DNA of 64,000 bases from Candidatus Latescibacterota bacterium (GCA_965219455.1 OZ244744.1:2688001-2752000); one strand, 5' to 3'. Positions 29,355 to 39,400 are shown, counted from the stretch's first letter. Made by a program: numbers and translations. Notes: generated by a model from the letters alone, not told the origin.

Positions 29355-30550
29355 GTTTGTGCTCTCGCGGTCGTGTTGGTTCCTGCTTCATCTGCATTTT
29401 CGATATAAGGCGCATCAAGCACCTGAAGCACTGCGTCCGCACAATATACACGATTTCGCTTTGCATCGCCAACCGGTGTAACAATACCAGCCGATTCCAA
29501 CCGGTCGACGGCGCGACGAGCAGTTGTATAGGCGACCCCCAGCTTCGATGCGAGCGCGGGCACGTTCCAAAACGGGAATTCAACGAATAATTGCAACACC
29601 TTTTCTAAATTCGTCGATCTGGCGCCAGCGAATTGCTCCGACCAGAGATGATACAATTCGTCGATTCGGCGGATCCGGTTTATCGCGTCCTCAGCCTGCT
29701 CGCAAACACCACGCAGAAAGTACACCAGCCACGCCTCCCACGCTCCTTCCTGCGTCACCGCAAGCAGGTGTGCGTAGTACTCCTGGCGCGTGGATTCGAA
29801 ATATGCACTTAGGTAAAGCAGCGGTGCGGGCAGTACGCCTCGTGCAACGAAAAGCAGCAGAATGAGCAGTCGGCCGACACGACCATTTCCATCCAGGAAG
29901 GGATGGATGGCCTCGAACTGCGCGTGAATGAGTGCCGCGTGCACGAGAGGCGGAAATGTCTCATCGTGCAGAAAGCGCTCGCAAGCAGCCAGACATCCCA
30001 TCATTTCATCCGGTGGCGGCGGAACGTAAGTGGCATTGTTCAACACGCTTCCGGGTGCGCCGATCCAGTTCTGGCGGCGGCGGAACTCCCCGGGCATCGC
30101 GTGGTCGCCTCGCGCGCCTTGCATCAGCCGCTCGTGCAGTTCGCGAACCAGACGCAACGAAAGCGGAAGGGTTTCCAGACGATCGATACCGTAGTCTAAC
30201 GCCACAATATAGTTTGCCACCTCTTCCAATTCCTCTGCGCTTCGCTCGACTCTCGCTCCGGCATTTGCCGCAAGCAATTCACCCAGGGAAACTTGTGTCC
30301 CCTCGATGCGGCTGGAGAGTTCCGCTTCCTTGTAAAGGAACGCCCTGATCAAGAGATGCGGAACGGGCATCAGCCTGCCTTCGGCCGCCAGCCGGCCCGT
30401 CGCATGTGCGGCACGTGAAAGCGCGAGGATCAGCTCGCCATCCCAGACTATCTCGGGCGGAAGCGGTGCCGGTACATATGCGCTATAGTCACCAGGACAT
30501 CGAACTGTGCGCCCGTGGGGCCGACGTTGACCATTGTTTCCGGATGTCAC
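29351..30550 (-). CDS. Fic family protein (Fic_N + Fic + C-terminal HTH)
   Basis: Canonical HPFLDGNGRVGR and SSRIEG; ATGA overlap with hsdR. Confidence 0.93.
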   Translation of the reverse strand: MTSGNNGQRRPHGRTVRCPGDYSAYVPAPLPPEIVWDGELILALSRAAHATGRLAAEGRLMPVPHLLIRAFLYKEAELSSRIEGTQVSLGELLAANAGARVERSAEELEEVANYIVALDYGIDRLETLPLSLRLVRELHERLMQGARGDHAMPGEFRRRQNWIGAPGSVLNNATYVPPPPDEMMGCLAACERFLHDETFPPLVHAALIHAQFEAIHPFLDGNGRVGRLLILLLFVARGVLPAPLLYLSAYFESTRQEYYAHLLAVTQEGAWEAWLVYFLRGVCEQAEDAINRIRRIDELYHLWSEQFAGARSTNLEKVLQLFVEFPFWNVPALASKLGVAYTTARRAVDRLESAGIVTPVGDAKRNRVYCADAVLQVLDAPYIENADEAGTNTTARAQT

Positions 30551-30819
30551 AAATTTCCCTTGTAATCGGATGCGAATTTAAGAACGCCATTATTATCGAA
30601 ACCACTTCAATTCGCTAATAATATAATGCAAGTGGTTCAGAAAGGAAAGGACTGCCTCATTTTCTGCCGTTCAATGCCCGAAGAGTTGCAGAAGTCGATT
30701 GCGTCGTGGAAATTTCTTGGGCGCATGTATATTTCGACATCGAACACACAACTCCTGTAAACACCCACACAGAGCATCTGTTGATACGCTCACAGCAATA
30801 AGGGTAATATATGGAAAAC

Positions 30820-30867
30820 CTAACGGATATATCAAAAGTTGACAAATGGCGTTAGATTATCTATCTT
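30820..30867 (+). promoter_or_regulatory. Sigma70 promoter with candidate operator
   Basis: TTGACA(30839)-17bp-TATCTT(30862); inverted half-sites CTAACG (30820) and CGTTAG (30850) flank the -35. Confidence 0.55.
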
Positions 30868-30955
30868 TCAAAATAGGATTATGTCTTCCGATGACGATCG
30901 CCGATTTTGCTCAGGAAAATTTGGCGCGAATCTCCGGCATGATCTTAGGGGCGAG

Positions 30956-32221
30956 ATGGCAATTGACCAAAGAATGCTGGCCCAGAGGCTTAGGCGGGCC
31001 AGAGAAACCAGCAGCCTGACCCAGGACGACGTTGCGAGCCACCTCGGAGTTTCGCGCTCCACTGTGGCTCAGATCGAACTAAGTAACCGTTCGGTCACGG
31101 GTATCGAACTGTATCGCCTTGCCACCCTCTTCGGTATGGATCTGCAGAGCCTTTTGGCAGAGGAGGAACCGGAAAAGGAGAGCGCACTCGTCGCGTTGTA
31201 CCGAGTTCACCCGGACCTGTCGAGCACGGAGGATCTGGGAGAGCCACTCCGCCGGTGCCTGGCTCTGGGCCGGGAGATGACCAGACTTGAAGAACTGCTG
31301 GATATTGACCGCGACCTCGTTACTGTGGCTGCCTACCCACTTCCGCAACCACGCACCACATGGGAAGCTATACAGCAAGGTGAACGGGTCGCCTCGGAAG
31401 AACGCGGACGCCTAGGGCTCGGACTTAGGTCAATCTCCGACATCGCCCAGCTACTCGAATCACAGGATGTTCGTACTGCCTTGGTCACGTTGCCGGACGA
31501 CGTCTCAGGCTTTACCCTCATCAAGCAAGAGATCGGAGTACTAATCGTAGCAAATCGGGAGCACCATATCTTTCGCAGGCGATTCTCATACGCACACGAG
31601 TATTGTCACGTACTTATCGACCGTGTCGAAGGTGGTTTGGTAAGTCGAGCAGACGACCGTGATCAGTTACGTGAGGTCCGCGCTAATTCATTTGCCGCCA
31701 GCTTTCTAATGCCTGCCGAGGCGGTGCGCCAGTTTATCCACGCATCCGGAAAGGGGCGGCCCAGCCGCCTGGAAGCCGAAGTATTCGACGAGAGTACGCC
31801 AATTCGCGGGCGCGCTCGATCTACCGCAGGAAGCCAGAAAATACAGCTGTACGATGTAGTGCGGATGGCGTACCACTTCGGCGTCAGCCGAGTCGCCGCA
31901 TGCTATCGGCTGAGAAGCACTCGACTGCTTACAGCTACCGAGCTCGAGAGTTTGTTGGAACAAGAGAATATGGATAAGGGCCGTAAACTGGAGCGACTTA
32001 TGGGTATTCCGGAACCAGACCACCAAGCTCTGCGCAATGAGTTCCGGGACCGCTTTGTCGGGTTAGCTCTGGAAGCATTGAGGAGGAAGAGAATTTCGCG
32101 TGCCGAACTTATCGATTTAGTAGGCATGTTGGACCTGGATGCCTGCGAAGTGGACCAGGCTGTTTCCGACCTGCAACTCGACGACGACGGTAGTACCGAC
32201 GATTACGCACGTTGGACATAG
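30956..32221 (+). CDS. XRE HTH-ImmA/IrrE (M78) metallopeptidase fusion regulator
   Basis: LTQDDVASHLGVSRSTVAQIE HTH; RRFSYAHEYCH and EVRANSFAASFLMP. Confidence 0.92.
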   Translation: MAIDQRMLAQRLRRARETSSLTQDDVASHLGVSRSTVAQIELSNRSVTGIELYRLATLFGMDLQSLLAEEEPEKESALVALYRVHPDLSSTEDLGEPLRRCLALGREMTRLEELLDIDRDLVTVAAYPLPQPRTTWEAIQQGERVASEERGRLGLGLRSISDIAQLLESQDVRTALVTLPDDVSGFTLIKQEIGVLIVANREHHIFRRRFSYAHEYCHVLIDRVEGGLVSRADDRDQLREVRANSFAASFLMPAEAVRQFIHASGKGRPSRLEAEVFDESTPIRGRARSTAGSQKIQLYDVVRMAYHFGVSRVAACYRLRSTRLLTATELESLLEQENMDKGRKLERLMGIPEPDHQALRNEFRDRFVGLALEALRRKRISRAELIDLVGMLDLDACEVDQAVSDLQLDDDGSTDDYARWT

Positions 32222-32349
32222 TGGATTATCGTCCAGACATCAAACTGAAATCTAACGTGCGAGCGAGACGCGATTTTCAGCTGGGTATATTGTCAATAAG
32301 CGCACCTAAAACGGACATATCAAACACGAATCTTGTAGGAGATCTTGAA

Positions 32350-33489
32350 ATGCATACAATGACCTTTTTCCCGTTGGGAAACGCCGATTGCTGCCGGATT
32401 GAACTGTCGTGTGACCGCATTATCCTTATTGATTTCGCGGCAACCAAAGACGAAAATGACGACTATGACCTTAGGTGTAACCTTCCGGAACTTCTCAAGG
32501 ACGGCTTGAAGAAGAAGAATCGTGATTATTTCGATGTGGTAGCGTTCAGCCATCTGGATAAAGATCACTTCAAGGGGGCCTCCGACTTCTTCTACCTTGA
32601 ACATGCGAGGAAGTACCAAGTCGGAGAACGTATAAAGATGAACGTAATGTGGGTACCTGCTGCGTTTATCACGGAGGTGGGTCCAGACGACGACGAAGCG
32701 CGCGTCTTGCAGAGGGAGGCCCGACACAGATTCCGTCAGAGTAAGGGGATCCGCGTCTTTTCCCGGCCCGAACGGTTGAAGAAGTGGTGCGAAAAAAACG
32801 ACATCAAGCTTGAAGACCGGCTTCACTTGATAACCGATGCGGGAAAGACCGCGCCGGAGTTTTCCCTGAGAAAACATCAGATCGAGTTTTTCGCTCACTC
32901 TCCATTTGCGATCCGTCAGAACGAAAACACTGTCGAGGACCGCAACGAGGACTCGCTTGTGCTGCATGCAACTTTCCGTGTCGCAGGCGTACATACCAAA
33001 GCGCTGATGCTGGCTGATTCCACCCATGAAGTGCTTTCACAGATCGTAGACATCACCGAGTCCAAGGGTAACGAAAAATACCTTGAGTGGGATATCGTGA
33101 AGATTCCCCACCACTGCAGCTATCTTTCCATAGGATCCGAAAAGGGGACAAACAAAACCACGCCCGTTTCTCAGGTGGCGCGGCTATACGAAAAAGAGGG
33201 ACAGCATGGGGCGATCGCTGTGTCAACAAGCAAGCCAATTCCCCACGCAGGTAGCGACGACGACAAGGACTCGCAGCCACCCCACCGACAGGCCGCGAAT
33301 TATTACAAGGACGTCACGCGTGCCCTCAATGGCCAATTCGTCGTAACGATGGAACATCCATCGAGTAACTCTCCTAAGCCGTTGGTGATTGAAATCGGAC
33401 AAAGCAAAGCGACACTGAAAAAGAGTGTAGCGAGCACGGGAATAATCGCTACATCAGGTCGTGCAACGAGGGCAGGTTGGCAACGATGA
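32350..33489 (+). CDS. Metallo-beta-lactamase-fold hydrolase ending ...RAG-WQR
   Basis: FFPLGNAD, SHLDKDH, NEDS, LAD, KIPHHCS (ComEC-like MBL motifs); GGAG RBS before ATG 32350. Confidence 0.85.
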   Translation: MHTMTFFPLGNADCCRIELSCDRIILIDFAATKDENDDYDLRCNLPELLKDGLKKKNRDYFDVVAFSHLDKDHFKGASDFFYLEHARKYQVGERIKMNVMWVPAAFITEVGPDDDEARVLQREARHRFRQSKGIRVFSRPERLKKWCEKNDIKLEDRLHLITDAGKTAPEFSLRKHQIEFFAHSPFAIRQNENTVEDRNEDSLVLHATFRVAGVHTKALMLADSTHEVLSQIVDITESKGNEKYLEWDIVKIPHHCSYLSIGSEKGTNKTTPVSQVARLYEKEGQHGAIAVSTSKPIPHAGSDDDKDSQPPHRQAANYYKDVTRALNGQFVVTMEHPSSNSPKPLVIEIGQSKATLKKSVASTGIIATSGRATRAGWQR

Positions 33490-35729
33490 GTTATTTCGAT
33501 GTCTCAGGGGACCAGGTACGGCCAGACGCCCTTGAGATCCCAAAGGCCGAAGATCTTGCGCTCAGTCTGTCGGCTGAGCGCATTGATTTCGCCCGGTTCG
33601 TCGAATGTCGCCGGCAGGATGAAATTGAGGTCGTGGTGTTCGACGTCGATGTCGAAATCGCACAAGTGCAGCGTCATCCGATCAAGGCAAGAGAACGTAT
33701 TTCCGCGGCATTTACTCGAAATGACGAAAACGTACCTGTCGTCCACGCCCTACGGAAGGACTTCCCGCGAGTGCCGCATCTCAACCTGCATCGGCAAGAG
33801 TACCCACGCAACCTCTGTATATATGCTGAACCATATGAGGAGATTAAACGCCGCTGGACATCACCGAGATTCGTACATGAAATCCGGCAATGGCTCGCGT
33901 TAACCAGCAAGGGGAAACTCCACCAGGACGACCAACCCCTTGAACCCCTTCTTGTGGATTTCCACGGGCACATTGTCCTTCCTTCTACCCAACAATTGGA
34001 GGAGCACCTACCAACCCCGCTAGTCGTAGCGCCGGTGAAATCGGACTATAGTAAAGGCCTTTTTCTGATCGCACTAACAGGTGAACCGCAGGAAGGACCG
34101 CCGTCGCTACTTGCTAGTGTACATCGTTGCGAACCTCAGACACATGGGGTTATTCATCAAATTCCGTCGACACTTGCGGACCTTGCTGCCATCACGAAAG
34201 ACGCTAAGTTCGACCTCATTTCTGACCTTCAGCAACGACTGGAGACTTGGCGTGACCAAGGCAGGCCGGTACTCGACTCCTGTCTTCTCCTCGTTCTTTT
34301 ATTTCCCAAAAAACGGGATGAAACAGACGTGATCGAAACAGTCGATAGTTGGGCGTTTTTCCTGTTGGACACTGAAGGAGACAAGGTTGGTGAGGGACTG
34401 GAAATTCGACGACTCGGCACCGAGATCGGCCTTTGGGATCTTCAGGACAATCACGTTGGTTTTCTCATGCAACCCGACACATCGAAAAACGGTCGAAATG
34501 TCGGAGTCGCAGTGCTGAATGTGGTTCGTCACTTCGATCGCTCAATGGCAGCAAGGCTAAATGGTGAGAACGAGGTGGGGGATGTTCGTGTTGTTGCAAT
34601 CGGGATGGGCGCACTGGGTTCACATGTCGCAATCAATCTTGCGAGAACAGGGTTTGGAACTTGGACACTGATCGATCACGACATACTATTGCCGCATAAT
34701 TTGGCGCGGCATGCCCTCGACGGTAGTTTTGTGGGCTGGAACAAGGCAGATGGCGTTGCACGCTTAGCGAATACGATAGTTTTCCGTTCCGATATGTTCA
34801 GCTCACTTCCAGTAAACGTACTTTCACCTGGACGGCAAACTCAAGAATTATCCAATTCGCTGGCTGAGGCCAATGTGATACTGGACATGTCGGCATCTGT
34901 TGGAGTTTCACGGATGCTTGCGCACGAATGCAATGGCACGGCCCGCAGGATCTCGTTGTTCCTTTCCCCGTCTGGGCAGGATCTCGTTCTACTCGCTGAA
35001 GATAAGCAACGAAACAGCACCCTGGATTCTCTTGAAATGCAGTACTACAGGGCCATCCTAAACGACCCTAGCTTGACCGGGCATATGATTAGGCCACCTA
35101 GCCGGTATCGCTATGCCCAATCCTGTCGCGATATCACAAGCCAACTGCCACAGCAAATGGTAGTGAGCCATGCGAGCACGGGAGGACGAGCGGTTCGTGA
35201 CGCTGTTCGGTGTAATAAAGCACAAATAACGATCTGGCGGACAAACGAAAACGGTGTCGCAAAACGCGTCACAGTTTCCGCCGCTCCAGTTGTGCGGAAA
35301 ACTACGGACAACTGGGCAATTATCACTGACAGGGAATTGATTGAAACCCTGGCGAGTTTGCGTAAATCTAAACTTCCAAATGAGACTGGAGGCGTTCTCC
35401 TGGGTTCTTTCGATATGGAGAGAAGAATCGTCTACATCGTCGATGTGTTGCCTTCACCACCCGATAGCGAAGAGTGGCCCACATTGTATATCCGCGGATG
35501 TGAGGGTCTTCGGAAGAAAATCACAGAAATTGAAAAGAAAGTGGACGGGATGATTGAGTACGTCGGAGAATGGCATTCTCATCCAGATGGCGCTGGCACG
35601 TCTCCCAGCGAGGATGATGGAAACGTACTCGCGTGGTTGCGGAAATTGAGACAAGCAGACGGTTACCCTGCCACGATGGCAATTGTCGCAGAATCAGGCA
35701 ACGTGGGATTTTATGTAGAGCAAATATAA
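33486..35729 (+). CDS. Prokaryotic E2 - E1/ThiF - JAB fusion protein
   Basis: E2: DFPRVPHLN...LCIY. E1: GMGALGS, DHD...HNLARH, distal YAQSCRD Cys. JAB: ETGG, EWHSHP..SPS..D. ATGA overlap with the MBL gene. Confidence 0.92.
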   Translation: MSYFDVSGDQVRPDALEIPKAEDLALSLSAERIDFARFVECRRQDEIEVVVFDVDVEIAQVQRHPIKARERISAAFTRNDENVPVVHALRKDFPRVPHLNLHRQEYPRNLCIYAEPYEEIKRRWTSPRFVHEIRQWLALTSKGKLHQDDQPLEPLLVDFHGHIVLPSTQQLEEHLPTPLVVAPVKSDYSKGLFLIALTGEPQEGPPSLLASVHRCEPQTHGVIHQIPSTLADLAAITKDAKFDLISDLQQRLETWRDQGRPVLDSCLLLVLLFPKKRDETDVIETVDSWAFFLLDTEGDKVGEGLEIRRLGTEIGLWDLQDNHVGFLMQPDTSKNGRNVGVAVLNVVRHFDRSMAARLNGENEVGDVRVVAIGMGALGSHVAINLARTGFGTWTLIDHDILLPHNLARHALDGSFVGWNKADGVARLANTIVFRSDMFSSLPVNVLSPGRQTQELSNSLAEANVILDMSASVGVSRMLAHECNGTARRISLFLSPSGQDLVLLAEDKQRNSTLDSLEMQYYRAILNDPSLTGHMIRPPSRYRYAQSCRDITSQLPQQMVVSHASTGGRAVRDAVRCNKAQITIWRTNENGVAKRVTVSAAPVVRKTTDNWAIITDRELIETLASLRKSKLPNETGGVLLGSFDMERRIVYIVDVLPSPPDSEEWPTLYIRGCEGLRKKITEIEKKVDGMIEYVGEWHSHPDGAGTSPSEDDGNVLAWLRKLRQADGYPATMAIVAESGNVGFYVEQI

Positions 35730-35757
35730 AGAAACCCTTCAAGACAAGGACAACAGA

Positions 35758-36459
35758 ATGAAAAACTGGTTTCCCTTCACCGATTATGACTTCTATGCCT
35801 ACTTGTCATCGGGTATGATTGTCCTGTTCGCCCTCGACTACGGCATCAACGACGGCGCCGTAATGTTTAGGAATAGTTGGCCTTTTGTTCAGGTCGTTTT
35901 CTTAATAGCAACGGCGTACATCGTTGGGCACATAATCGCCGGATTCGCGTCGGTTCTCCTCGAACAATGGTTGGGTCGCAGATTCTTGCGTTCTCCTGTT
36001 TCTGTGATGATGGATATGGGTGCCTCCCGATTTCGTGAGAGGGTCATTAGGTGTTTCTTCGCTGTGCGGTATTACGAGCCGCAATCTGAACATATCCGAT
36101 CAAAAATTCTGCAGAATGTAGCCGAAAGGTTAGGAAAGGAACCTGAGAGGATCGACAACCCCGAGGAAGTGTTTCAAGTCGCGTTTCCCGTAGCGCGAGC
36201 AGTTCCGGACGCCGCCGCACGTTTAGATGAATTTCGTAGGATGTACGGATTCTCAAGGAATGTCGCATTGTCGGGAGTGGTGGGGGCAGGCGCTTTGGTT
36301 TACAAGGCTGCGACGTCTAATGAGGTTACGCTATATTTGTGGGCGGCAGTTGTCGCCATTCTCTCAATCTGCATGTTTGGCCGCTTCGTGAAATTCTATG
36401 CCGCCTTTGGTTCTGAGGTATTGCGAACATATGCTTCAAAAGCCGAGGAGAAGAGCTAA
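35758..36459 (+). CDS. Uncharacterised membrane protein (~4 TM)
   Basis: Two N-terminal and two C-terminal hydrophobic helices around a soluble loop ending MYGFSRN; AAGGA RBS. Confidence 0.8.
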   Translation: MKNWFPFTDYDFYAYLSSGMIVLFALDYGINDGAVMFRNSWPFVQVVFLIATAYIVGHIIAGFASVLLEQWLGRRFLRSPVSVMMDMGASRFRERVIRCFFAVRYYEPQSEHIRSKILQNVAERLGKEPERIDNPEEVFQVAFPVARAVPDAAARLDEFRRMYGFSRNVALSGVVGAGALVYKAATSNEVTLYLWAAVVAILSICMFGRFVKFYAAFGSEVLRTYASKAEEKS

Positions 36460-37289
36460 TGAAGGTTGAAATCTTCGACGTTGAACATGGTGGTTGTGCG
36501 TTGATAACGGCCGACTCAGGCGCACGTATGCTTATCGATTGTGGTTCGAACTCATCAACCGGTTGGAGACCATCTCTTCATCTGCCGAGAAATGGGGTAG
36601 AAAACGTCGAAATGTTCGTGGTGACGAATTATGACGATGACCATGTGAACGACTTGCCAAACCTGCGGCGAGTTTCTGGTGGCCGCAGAACGGTAAATCT
36701 CAAGGCGCTTCTTAGGAACAGGACAATCTCGCCAGCGGCGCTCGTACGAATGAAAACGGATGGAGGTATGGGTCCTGGCATTCGGGAGCTCTTGGCGATG
36801 TTCAAGGAATATACAGGAGGGCCTCTTAAGGCTGACTGGGGGTCGCTGGAATACATTGTATTCTATAATTCCTATCCCGGTGACTTTAAGGACACGAACA
36901 ACCTCAGTCTCGTTATCTTTCTTCATTGCCACAATATGCATCTGGTGTTTCCGGGAGATTTGGAAAAGGCAGGATGGGAGAAGCTACTTGGAAACCCGGA
37001 ATTCGTTAAGGAACTAAAGACCGTGAATATCTTTGTTGCATCACACCATGGTCGCGAGAGTGGATGTTGTGAAGGAGTGTTTGAAATTCTTGGTGTAAAA
37101 CCATACGTTGTGATTTTTTCCGACGCAGGAATGCAATACGAAAGCCAGCGTACGGCGGACTGGTATCGTTCTCGAACCTACGGAATGAACTACAATGGGA
37201 AGAAGCGGCACGTTTTCACGACACGCCGTGACGGGAAAATCACTATCCAGGCGACACCGCGCCAAACGACAATTAGTACTGCTCGTTGA
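36459..37289 (+). CDS. Second MBL-fold (ComEC-like) hydrolase
   Basis: FDVEHG, LIDCG, TNYDDDH, NNLS, FPGDLE, SHHG; TAATG overlap and GAGGAG RBS. Confidence 0.87.
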   Translation: MKVEIFDVEHGGCALITADSGARMLIDCGSNSSTGWRPSLHLPRNGVENVEMFVVTNYDDDHVNDLPNLRRVSGGRRTVNLKALLRNRTISPAALVRMKTDGGMGPGIRELLAMFKEYTGGPLKADWGSLEYIVFYNSYPGDFKDTNNLSLVIFLHCHNMHLVFPGDLEKAGWEKLLGNPEFVKELKTVNIFVASHHGRESGCCEGVFEILGVKPYVVIFSDAGMQYESQRTADWYRSRTYGMNYNGKKRHVFTTRRDGKITIQATPRQTTISTAR

Positions 37290-37474
37290 CCTGTCACACT
37301 GTGTGAATCAAACTTAAGAAAATCCCTGCCAATAAAGGTCTTTCACAGCCCGCCCAACGCTCCTCTCCAATGGTCCTTGCATATCTACGCGGAATCGGCC
37401 GGATTCGTGGTACCCTCGGGATTTCCCTTTATTTTTCACCGAACGGTTGATAGCAGGCTTGGTTCACGATCGCA

Positions 37475-38884
37475 TCAAACGGCCTCCCGCACGTCGATCT
37501 TTCCTGTCACCGCCGCGGATATGAGGGCTTGTCGGAGTTCCTTCAGGCGGTCGATAGCTTCTCGGACCTTCTCGACAAGAGCATCGATTTTGGCCGTCTC
37601 ACGGTCAAGGAAAGCGGCTATGGCGCGTTGTTCGGGAAGTGGTGGAAGCGCAAATACCCCCACACGAATAGAATCGCCAGTAAGCCCAAAACGTGTGATA
37701 CCGTTAGCTGCAATATGATACTGATCTCGCGGTCCGATTGCGGAAAATAATCTTCCAATGAACCCGCCGTAAGAATGAGCGTCAGGCTTGATGTGAGCCA
37801 AATGGTAACCGCACAAAACGCCAATAAGGTCTTCAGAGACTACCGATGGAACAGCAATGTCTGCCCAGGTCTCAGAATCCTTTGTTATTAAAACGTCCCC
37901 TGCCCGAAGGGAAAAACGACGCACCTGCTCCGACGTCGCAGTCGCAGGCATAAAATCAACGCGTTTGTCTATTAGTTCGTTGTAATACACGTCGACGTAA
38001 TTGCAAAGTCGGATATTATCTTCACGTTCCTTAGACTTCTTGTCCACATTGCTGAGTTGGACAGTGGCAAAGAATTTCAGTCGCTTAACCTCCCAATGCG
38101 CCGGAATCTCGCCGAGCCACTCGATACCCGAGTCCTGCATAGGCACGTCGGTATCGAGGCCTGCCTGCGCCGCAGCGTCGGCAGGCAGGCTCCGCGTGAC
38201 GGTGTGGCTGATGAGCGCGGCGCGCTTCTCCTGCAGCAACTCGATCAGCCGCTCCTTTTTCGCGACGAGGGCGTCGATCCTGGCCGTCTCGCGGTCAAGG
38301 AAAGCGGCAATGGCGCATTGTTCGGGGAGAGAAGGAACGGAGATTCTGAGGCTAGCGTAGCGTTCTGCACTCACATTTTGGATCGTTGCTTGAATGAAAG
38401 TGCTTTGAAGCCAGTCAGTGTAGCCCTGAGATTGCGTAAAGTATTCAACAAAGTTTGACAAGGCTTGAATATTGTCAAGACGCGCTCGAATCAGATACCC
38501 AGCATATGCTGCCTTGCCCCAACTGGGGTGGTACCGAAAAGTCTTTCCTACGGTTGCCCCGCTACGCGCGAATAAAATGTCGCCAGCGACAAGAAGATAG
38601 GGTTTTGCGATGTTCTCGGGAAGCGACCTGAAACTATCGTCCCTCAATGTTCCGTCTTCTCGAATGTCCGTGATTCGAATATAGCGCGGAAGATTGTTTT
38701 CAGTGTGTTCAGCGGGCTCGTTGGCACCATACTTCAAGGGTTCAGCCAGGAGATGTTTAAGGCGCTTTACCTCCCAATGCGCCGGAATTCGCCCAAGCCA
38801 CTCGACGCCGGAGTCCTTGTAGTCCGGGTACGGACTAATTCCATCATTAACGAAGTTCTGAACGTCAGACTGCCGGTGATTCAC
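37475..38884 (-). CDS. hsdS: Type I restriction specificity subunit
   Basis: Two DSGxEWLGxIPAHWEVKRLK and two EQxAIAAFLDRETAxIDALV repeats around two TRDs; ends AVTGKIDVR; GGAGG before GTG 38884. Confidence 0.95.
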   Translation of the reverse strand: MNHRQSDVQNFVNDGISPYPDYKDSGVEWLGRIPAHWEVKRLKHLLAEPLKYGANEPAEHTENNLPRYIRITDIREDGTLRDDSFRSLPENIAKPYLLVAGDILFARSGATVGKTFRYHPSWGKAAYAGYLIRARLDNIQALSNFVEYFTQSQGYTDWLQSTFIQATIQNVSAERYASLRISVPSLPEQCAIAAFLDRETARIDALVAKKERLIELLQEKRAALISHTVTRSLPADAAAQAGLDTDVPMQDSGIEWLGEIPAHWEVKRLKFFATVQLSNVDKKSKEREDNIRLCNYVDVYYNELIDKRVDFMPATATSEQVRRFSLRAGDVLITKDSETWADIAVPSVVSEDLIGVLCGYHLAHIKPDAHSYGGFIGRLFSAIGPRDQYHIAANGITRFGLTGDSIRVGVFALPPLPEQRAIAAFLDRETAKIDALVEKVREAIDRLKELRQALISAAVTGKIDVREAV

Positions 38885-39400
38885 ATAGCCTCCGTGTACC
38901 TGGCTAAAACCTCTAACATCGTCTTGGTGCCCAAACGCCCGCTGCCAGATCATCGACCATCGTTTGCCCGTTCCACCGCGTCACAAAAGACCCTGAAAAA
39001 CCGTTCAATCCACCTCGTCTCGCAGAATCTTTCGAATTTGATCGACAGGCAGGAATTTCTCCTCGCACGATTGGAAAAGATAAAGTGCTGGAGCTTCGTC
39101 CAGGTTGCGGAGGAGCGCAGCCGCCCTTTTTGGCCATTCCTCTTTATTGGTATCGCCAATCAACGCCCGGAACACCAGGTCTGTTGTCTTAAGCGTTCTG
39201 GAATCGACAGGAATATCTTCGATCCAAACAATGGAAGCGGCGTTTTCCCAGATCTTGTTAATTCTGACGGACCGAGCGACGTATGTGACTGAAGATCTGC
39301 GCCCTTATCGCCGATATACGTACGTTAGATTCTTACAGTAAGGCTTCTACGCAAGATGCGTACATGTTTAATCATGCTGCTTGCATACGGTAAGGTGTTG

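Noticed and set aside
30956-37289. Calling the cassette CBASS, Pycsar or a Bil/ISG15-like system
   Set aside because: No CD-NTase (GS..DxD), nucleotide cyclase or beta-grasp Ubl ORF is visible; only the E2/E1/JAB machinery is shared.
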